Assembly (NCBI GenBank): GCA_003427395.1
Contig: BFEA01000036.1
Span: forward strand, 807,024-871,023
Reading direction: 5' to 3'
Length of the DNA stretch: 64,000 nucleotides
From: Chara braunii
Lineage: Eukaryota; Plantae; Charophyceae
The notes below the pieces were generated by a model that worked only from the letters and a program-made list of their open reading frames with translations, had not been told where the DNA came from and searched no databases. Below, in pieces: positions 25,501 through 34,521 of this stretch. How positions within the stretch are numbered: the first letter of the stretch is position 1; each line of letters begins with the position of its first letter. The position numbers and the translations under genes are program-made.

Positions 25501-28500
25501 AAGATTGAGGACAAGGATGTTGGCATAATCTAGTAGGGTATCTTATTACGCCATTGATGTAGAGTTTCGACCGAAAGGCAGAGAGTTAGAACCTGTATGT
25601 TGTGAGGATACGGCTAAGCTTGGACCTGGGCCATACTATCATTGACCACGCGTTTACGAAACAGGGTGGTACATGCGGTGCACACTTGCTGTTGCTGCAT
25701 AAATGGATTGTTCCCCGCTGTTGTGTGGCCGCGAACAGGCTGAGGAGAGGTGTTGAGACAAGGGAAGATGATCAGATCGATGCAAAGGGGGGCTTATTGT
25801 TGTGAATTGGGAGGTCTTCAGAGGGATCATTGTCGTGACCTGGGGGTTCATCAGGAAGTCAACTCTTAGTGATTGACTTCAGTTTAACCAAGCTGCTGTG
25901 TTATTGGCTGCCATTGCGGGGCCCTCAGGCGCATCAAGATAACAAGGCCCTCTCCTGCGAGTCTGAGTGCACCCTCCTTGGATCTGAGAGACTAAATGCT
26001 TCTACTTCTACCCTTCTTAATCTGAGTCTAGTCTACTGGTTCTGAGAGGAAGGCGGCAGGCGGGATTGCAACCCGTACGACCGCAGCAAGACTCTGTGGG
26101 GAGTCATCCCACCGATTGCGGGAGCTCTTCCGGAACTCAGGACGAGTTCTGGAGGCAGGGAACTGAAAGGTAACCATTGCTTTCCCTTTATAAACCCAGA
26201 CTATAGCCCCTATTTGTATTACCCATTGCATCTTTAATTGAATATATGATGTACAACCCTACTTTGACCTTTGTTTGACTTTCAGGACACTGAAACAGAT
26301 CAAGTAAAGGAATGTCTGCTCGATTTCAGTTTCAACTTTATTGATTGTATGAAATCAAATTGTTAAAAGGAACTGCATCTGGGGAAGGCAGGATGGTGGG
26401 TTGTTTTGATTGAGGGTTTGACTGGGTCATTAAGACTGGGAGGTCCCCATAAGTTTGGGGAGACCTAGTGCTTTGTTTATCTTGGTTTGCATGGAGTGTC
26501 AGACCCTTCTATAAGTTTAGGGGGTCTGATTGCTCTGGAGACTGGGAAGTCCCCATAAGTTTGGGGAGACCCAGTGTTGTGGTTTTGCATGGAGGGTCAG
26601 GTTGTTCTATAAGTTTAGATGGCCTGACTGCTCTGACTTGGGAAGGCAGAATGTGATTGACTTTTCAGGGACCAAGCGCGTTCTGTAAGTTCAGGTACCT
26701 TGGTTGCCTTGTTTATTTGGGTTTTCCTCTGTTTATTTGGTTCTGAACGAGGAGGTCTGAGTTATTCTATAAGTTTAGGTGATTCAGCCTCTTCCTGCTT
26801 TTATTCTGAGAAAATGAACATGGCAGAGGGCCGATCATTCTGTAAGTTCAGGTAATCTAGCCCAATGCCACGCACAGTTTGGGTCAGAGAGAAACGAATC
26901 AGGCAGAGAGTCAGACTGTTCTGTAAGTTCAGGTGGTCGGACTCAAAGCCTCGCACATGCTAGAACCCAAAGGTTATAATTTGATTATACTCTATTACTA
27001 TTCTATTTAAGAACGAGTTAATCAGATTGTTCAATAAGTTTAGGCGGTCTGACTATAGCCTATCACAATTTGAAGAGAGTATCATTAAGAATAAAATTAT
27101 TGGTAAGCTGGTGTCAGACTGAACTTGAGTTAGTTCGGTCATATGCAGCCTTAGAAGACAAAGGGAAGACAAGTATATATAACTTGGATATCTTAAAAAA
27201 GTTCATGGCGACTAGAATGGTCTAGTCATGTGCCCAAAGAAGAAAGAAGTAGTTGTGCCCTCTGTTTGTGTATACTCTTTGGCAAGTTAGACTCATTCCA
27301 TAAGTTTGGGTGGCCTGACTTTATGCCTTATGTAAGCAGGGTATAAGGGGTCAAGTTACTGAAAGATTAGGAACTATTGTCTGTCTAGATGAACTTGGGA
27401 TGGTGAAAGTACTTACCTGTGTGGTTTGGTCTGCGTGTGGCTGAGTGAGGTTACTACTTGGTCGGAGTTTCAGTTGGATAGGTAGCTGCTTTAGTTGCTC
27501 GCCATGTGCTAGAGCCATAGGAGTTAGTTTCAATTCCTGCATTTTCTGTGATAGTTTTTTCTTAAGTCAATTTTCGCATTTTCTGGGATCAATTTTTATA
27601 TTCGGCTTTGTATAAATCTTGGCAGGCTACTTTCTCTACGGGAAGCACTACCAAAACTTCTACAAATCCAAGGAGTTGGTCAATTTTTGACTTGTCAAAG
27701 TTCAACTTGTCTTTTCGTTATATCTGACCTAGTAAAAATCTGAAAAGTCTCATTTTCTAAAGGGAGTGATGCCCAAATTTTTGCTAATTCAGGGAGTTAA
27801 ACAAAATTGGACTTTGAGAAGTTAAAGGTATTTTTAAATTTTAAACTTAGCTTTGTATAAATTTTGGACGAGCATTTTTCTAAAGGGAGTGCTGCCGAAA
27901 TTTCTACAAAACTAAAGAGTTGGTTAAATTTTGTCTAAATTGAACTCATCTTTTGAGTTCATATCTAACTTAGTGTGAATCTGGGAAGTCTCCCTTTGTA
28001 AAGGGAGTGCTGCCCAAATTTCTACTAGTTCAGAGAATTAAACAAAATTTGACTTTCTAGAGTTAGAGATTGTTTCTGCTTTCATGTTCGAGCTTATATA
28101 GATTATGAAAAGATACTTTTCCTACTGGAAGCGCTGCCGAAATTTTCTTAGTTTAAAGGAGATAGATAGATTATATTTTAACAGGTGGTGATTCTGGCGA
28201 TCCACTCTGTATAGGGGAGATTGTGTCAGGGTCTACCTTTGCTTTGGGCACTGCTTAAAGGTAGATTCAGGCTTAGTCGATTAGAAGGGTCCTGGATGGG
28301 AGTGTGTTATGAAGATTGTTCTCCAAGGACTTATAGATTTAGTCTTGGACATTGACCTGTCTTGTGTTACAGGCCATCTTGATCGATCTGATTTAGGACT
28401 TTGACTAGATTCAGCCTCATCCTTTGAGGATCATCTTCTGTTATCACTGATAACAGGTCGGTTGCCGACTCGTCGGTTTACGATTTAGCTCCAATTCACT

Positions 28501-29953
28501 CTCGCTACTCAACCTAAAGGCTTCAGCCTTGTGATTTGGATTGTTTTGATTGTGTTTTCACTCGGACTTTATTTGAATGGCCATTTAAAGAAAAGTACTG
28601 AGTATTTTGTTTTGAGGAGTCGCACAAGAGTGAGGCTTGCATGGCTAAAGCAAGGGGTGTGAGTACAAAGAATGGTTGAAGTTGAACCCGTGTAGTGCAT
28701 GTACTTTCTGGTTGAATCTTTGATGCGACTGCATGTATGCTTGGTGATTCGGACTTGGGATTTGATTGTCTGCGCTCACATACATATATATATGACTGAG
28801 AGGAGTCCCACTGTGACTGTGAGAAGTGATCGTCCTATATTAATAACCCTCTATATATATGTGTATATATATGTCTCGAGTGTTTCGTGCGGCCTACTGG
28901 GACCGCGCGCAAGGGTTAGCCCGATTATGGCTTGAGATAAAAGGGAGACCCTCTGTTATCCTTTGCTTTTTATAATTTTATAGTTGGACGTTGTGGTCCG
29001 TGGCAGCCGTCAAAGTCAAACCCATTGACTTTTGTCCAGGCCGTCGTGGGGCTCACCTCCAGGGCAGTAAGAAACGACAGTCACCACAGGTATGGATCTG
29101 TGTACCACCCACTCTGCACAGAGTACAGAAGAGGGTGTGTGGTCTTCAACCTCGCTTGGCGGCTGTCCAGCGTCGAGAGATTAACCCTCTGGGCGCGTGT
29201 CAGCCAACACTTGAGCGTCGAATGCGACACTTGAGCGTCGAATGCGACCCTCGAGATTAACGAGGGTCGCACGAATATGGGTACTACATAGTACGCCATC
29301 ATTGCGACCTCTTGCGTACACTTGCATTGCGAGTCGATATGAGTTAGCCCTGCGTCCGCGCGGTTTTATATTAAGCCTCGCGGGCGACGCCTATCCGATT
29401 TCCGCATTGGAAAGTTATGGGATGGTTTCTGAAGGGACTAGGAGTATTGTCTCGTTGTTCGATGTGTGTATGCGTGTGTGTTTTATTTTTGTGTTCGTAG
29501 TGTGGTGTATTCGTGGTGAGTGGGAAACGTCCTAGTCGACGGACGACGAGTCGCGATTGGGACCTCAGCCCCCTCAAGATGTCGGCTCGCGTGCGGGTCT
29601 GATAGAGGCGTACTACCGCGCGTATCCCTATGCTACAGCGGACGAGAAACGCCCTCGGCTGGTCCACCTCTGCGATTGCAACTGATCAACTTTCGTACTG
29701 TGGACTGGTAGCTCGGCGGGGATACGCCCATCGAAGGGAGGTAACAGCTCCCGTAAGGTGGAGGTAAGTCGTGCCTCGCGTAGGCCCTATCCTGTCGTAG
29801 GGGCTCGCGGGAGGTCTGGCTGGCGCACTCGGTCGGAGCGGCTTTGTGGAAGCTCCATGTGCATTTACGAGGAAGGTGTAGTCCAACTCCTGCATGACAC
29901 GGCCGGGAGGGTCCCACGCTGCTTCGTGCGGTGCCGGACCGATGTGCTCGACA
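22512..29953 (+). mobile_element. Giant non-coding TGTCG...CGACA element, copy A (7442 bp; probable solo LTR)
   Basis: 5-bp terminal inverted repeat, no internal terminal direct repeats, no credible ORF. Flanks GTGG/ACGT; removing it plus 4 bp restores the family consensus spacing of the host copy. Confidence 0.88.
26434..27320 (+). repeat. Hairpin array (10 units), core TTCYRTAAGTTYRGGTG
   Basis: For example GAGTCAGAC-TGTTCTGTAAGTTCAGGTG-GTCGGACTC. Unique spacers between units. Confidence 0.88.
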
Positions 29954-31028
29954 ACGTAGTCTGAGAGGTCCAGCACTTAAGGGCTAAATTGGGGGTTGTG
30001 ACTGAGCAAGAGAGAAAACCCCGTTTTATTGTTGAATGTTTCTTAAAGATTTTTTAGTCGGACCTTGGTCATGGGCCTGGATTCGAGATCCTTGTCCAGG
30101 ACATCCCAAGCCCTAGACTCTGCATTGGAAGAGATCCCCCCCCACGCAGAGCCTATTTGCCCTGCCTGCCGAGACACTCAGCCTAAAAGTCGGAGGTGTC
30201 GCAGCCACTACACGGTTATTCTTTCAATGATGCAATATCGTGAAGGGGCAAGCCTTCACGATACTTCGAGTCTGACACTTGAGTGTCATAAGCGGTACTC
30301 GGATCCACGAGGGACCACTTGATTATGGGCACTACATAGTACGTCATCATCGCGACTGCTTGCGCATTCATGCATTGCTAGTCAATATGAGTTAACCCTA
30401 CGTCCGGGCGGTTTTATACTAAGTCTCGCGTGTGACGCCTATCTGATCCCCACGTCGGAAAGTTATGGGATAGCTACTAAGGAACTAGGAGCGTTGTTGC
30501 GTTGTTTGTTCTGTGTCGTTCTATATTTGTATATGTACGTGCATGAGTGTGTGTGTTTTATTTTTATGTTCTTTATAGTGGTGAGCGCGTGGCGTGTGGG
30601 ATGCGTCCTGGTCGATTGGCGACGAGTCGCGCTTGGGACCTCAGCCCCCCCAAATGTCGATTCGCGTGTGGGTTCGATAGAGGCGTAATACCGTGCGTAC
30701 CCCCTATGCTATAACGAATGAGAAACGCCCTCGGCTGGTACACCTCTGTGATTGCAACTGATTAACTTTCGTACTGTGGACTGGTAGCTCGGCGGGGATA
30801 CGCCTACCGAAGGGAGGTGACAACTCCCGTAAGATGGAGATAAGTCGTGCCTCGCATAAGCCCTATCCTGTCGTAGGGGCTCGCGAGAGGTATGGCTGGC
30901 GCACTCGGTCAGAGCGGCTTGCGGAAGCTCCATTATGTATTCGCGACGAGGAACAGACCAACTCCTGCATGACGCGGCCGAGAGGGTCCCGCGCTGCCTT
31001 GTGAGGTGCCGGACCGATGCGCTCGACA

Positions 31029-33144
31029 TCGTCCAGCTACTGACGAGCCTTCTATTGACTATTCTCCTACCATCGTCGAGGACGGCACTGTCGAGTCTCA
31101 CTCAGGTGATTGTCCGATAGTCTTTTAATCCCGTCAGCTCCTGCCCGCCGAGATAAACCACACTGCTGATGAACGTGAGGTTCTCGCAGTAGTTTAATAT
31201 GGCACTCGACACTTGCATCACTACCTGCACGGGGCACCATTCACAGTACGCACGGAGAACTCTGTTGTCGAGGCTTTTCTGACAAAGTCGAATCTCACTC
31301 CTCGACAGGCTCGCTGGTGGCGTGACCTATCCGAGTTTAGTTTCACCACTGAGCACATCAAGGGTGAGACTAATCGGGTCGCAGATGCCTTATCCCGACG
31401 CCCTGACCATGATCTGGAGCAGATTCAGCATGCTGCCATCTCGGTCACCACCGTCCACCACTCGTTGATCAACGAGTTTCACACCCAGTACCGCCACTGC
31501 CCCGACTATCGCGACATCCATGCGACCCTTCGGAGGGGCAAGACCGTCCCGAACTACTCTCTCGGGGAGAACGATCTTGTGTACTGGCACGGTTCACATG
31601 GCACCAAAGAGCCCCGTACTTGCGTTCCCTCCACTGGACAGCTACGGGTCCGGGCAGTAGCAGAGTTCCATGACCAGGCAGCCGCCGATCATATGGGATT
31701 CCACAAGATGTTGGCTCGTGTGAGCCGCCTGTACGTCTGGCCAAAGCGCAAGGACTTTGTGAAGGACTACGTCGCAGAGTGTCCCACCTGCCAGGAGGTG
31801 AACAGTGCGAACCACCTGCCTTATGGTTTGCTCAATCCTCTTTCTATCCCTGAGGGTCGTTGGCAGTACATCTCTATGGACTTTATCGGTCCTCTTCGTC
31901 CACCAATCCCCCGCGGTCATGATGCTATCTTGGTTGTCGTTGACCCCTTCACAAAACGCGCACACTTTGTTACGTGTCGCTATACCATCAGTGCACGTGA
32001 GGTCGCCTACATCGTGTTTGACCGAGTCGTGCGTGACCACGGCTTACCTCTGACTCGGAGCATCATATCTGACTGTGACCCGCGCTTTATCAACCGATTC
32101 TAGTGATAGCTCCACGAGGTGTACGCCACCCAACTCCGCTTATCATCGTCTTACCATCCCTAGACTGATGGTCAGACCGAGGTCACGAATAGGGATCTCG
32201 GATTTATTCTCTGAAAGATTATTCGTTACGACCAGTAGTGGGATCTTCATCTTGCCCACGCGGAGACAGCCTACAACCACGCCGTCTCGCCAGCCACGGG
32301 GATGTCGCCTTACTATTGCAACCTCAGGTATCACCCTCATGTTCTCACGGACTTCCTTCGACCATCACAGATGCATTCCGACACGAGTTGTCCCGCACTG
32401 GATGATTGGGTTGCACACATGACATCGATCATGAAGACCACGCACGAGCACATAGTCGCTTCCCAAACTCGCATGGTCGCATGCGTGAACCAATCGAGGA
32501 TGGATCATCCATTCAAAATCGGTGATGATGTGCTTATCGACGCCCACCATTTACAGCTCGAAACGGACACGCTTCGCAAGTTCTGGCGTCGCTTCTTTGG
32601 CTCATGCCGCATTCTCCAGGTTGTCGGTTCTGATACGGCTTCTAACCCGACCAGCTTTTATGTGAAGCTCCCCGACTACCTACGCAAGACTCGTGTGCAC
32701 GATGTCTACCACATCTCGTTACTACGTCCCTACCGCAGACCGTCTGAGTGTTTTGTTGGACGACCATACGAGCGTCCTCCACCCATTATGGTGGACGGCC
32801 ACGAGGAGTTCAGCGTTTCAAACATCATTGGTCGCCGAGTCACTGACGACAACCCTCCTCACGTCGAGTATCTCATACGTTGGAAGGGTTACCCTGATGA
32901 GGAGGCTACTTGGGAGCCCCTCGAGCACTTGCAGCACGCTCGCATGCTGGTGTGTGCCTATGACTTTGCTCGTCGTGCTGGGTTGACTGCTCCTCCTCAA
33001 CCCACTGACCCTCTTCCTTCCCCCTCGGCTGAGGAGACCGCTGGAGTCGGGCATGCTCCATCTGAGGCAGACCTTCAGCAGCAGCTGGATGCTTATGAGA
33101 GTCCAAAGCGCACTCGTCGTCGTCCTGCTCGATACGACGATTGA
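31029..33144 (+). pseudogene. Ty3/Gypsy chromovirus pol 3' half: RNaseH, integrase, GPF/Y, chromodomain
   Basis: SRQLLPAEINH/EREVLAVV, RQARWWRDLSEF, NRVADALSR, the integrase HHCC finger (H…HMG…CPTCQ), ISMDFI, IISDCDPRF, DGQTE, chromodomain EYLIRWKGYPDEEATWEP. In-frame stops near 32101-32240. Confidence 0.95.
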
Positions 33145-34521
33145 CTCTGACTTACCTTCCCACGTCTTTGACTTCTCAGTACTCCATCTACTCTAGTTCT
33201 GCCACTTCAGCTCGTCGACGTTGCAGCTCTTCCTAGACGGCATTTCGGACTTCTCATCATGGACGTCATCGGCAGCTTCACGGCCTTCGTCACGATCAAT
33301 TCTGCCTACTTCAGATGTCATGACTCTCTTACCACCTTACCTTGTACAGTACCCTGGTTGTGTCGCATAATGGTCTCCCTTCGTCGGGTTCCTCTTACTT
33401 AGGCTCTCCCTTGGTATACGCATAGGCATTGGGACCGTAGTGTTACCCTGGCTTCCCAGCTTACAGATCCAGCTTCGACTTCCCCCACCTTAGGAGTCAA
33501 TTGCATGATTTTCTTACCCATCACTTTTTCTACCACCTGTCGGCTCTCACGCCCTAGTTAGGCAGCCTTGCATGCTTCATCTAGGTGCGCCGAGTATACC
33601 AGGCTCCCTTATTCCCTTGCATGGTCGACCCTCAATAGCGGTCACCCCTTTAGTCGAGCATTACCCGCCCAGATGGTTAATCTGTTAGGGTCATTGGTTT
33701 TGTTCGCTCCCAGTTTCCCTACCGTCATCCAGTCTGGTGACACGTTTCTCCCTGTCATTATGTGTGGATGCCCTTAGGAGTTTATCGACCCGTAGGCTTC
33801 ATTCGCCACCTTTAGAGACCATCCCACCCTGTGGTTTGCGACACACTTCTCCTGTGACATACGGGTTGTCTTGTTGTTGCTTTGTTGCTCTCAGACTGAA
33901 GCTACTGCCTCTAACATTTCAAGGATTTAGTTGTTTTTGCTTTTGTTGTTCTTAGCATTAATACACTAGTCAGTTGTTTCCAGACAGAGGCTACTGGCTC
34001 CAACATTCTAGGATTTAGTTGTCATTACTTTTTGCTTTCCTACGACATGTATACTAGTTAGTTGCTTTTGCTTTCACTTAGGCTGTTAGCTGTGGCATTG
34101 TTGTTTTTGTGGCATTTTCTATCATAGGTTGCATCGCATGGACTCGGCATGGACCTTGCTCCACATCCTAGACTACTCGGGTTTTCTTTTTCTTTGGTGG
34201 AGTTCCGCTTCTTGGCAGAAGTGTGCTTGTATCTAGGCGATCCATCACAGGCCAAGGATCGTGTAGTTGACCTCTGGTTGGCCTGTGAGACCAACCCCTT
34301 GGCCTGTTCTCACAGGCCTAAGTTGTATTCGGGGTTAGTCCAGTCCAGGCCGGTACCTCTGTCGGTACCAGCCAGTCTAGTCCAGTCCAGGCCGATACCT
34401 CTGGCGGTACCAGCCAGTCCAGTCCAGTCCGGTCAGTCCGCTGGTGTATACCCCAGTCAGAGTCTGTATTTCGGAGCATTCTGCATTTCCACAGTTTGGA
34501 GTACGTGAGTTGGAGTCTCGT

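Larger units (their letters stand above)
18740..31028 (+). mobile_element. 5'-truncated giant element (host copy '0'), split by the copy at 22512-29953
   Basis: 19825-22511 and 29954-31028 are collinear with the complete copies when joined. Ends GATGCGCTCGACA|TCGT within the chromovirus pol gene, just before the RNaseH motifs. Confidence 0.85.

Noticed and set aside
26434-27320. True CRISPR array
   Set aside because: Eukaryotic TE context with no cas genes. Spacer lengths are irregular and spacers are orthologous between copies. The repeat is a loop with variable stems rather than a fixed direct repeat.
29670-29720. Hammerhead ribozyme / retrozyme in the 3' block (CTGAT… and CGAAA on opposite strands)
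   Set aside because: No CUGANGA plus GAAA core with the required stems on one strand.
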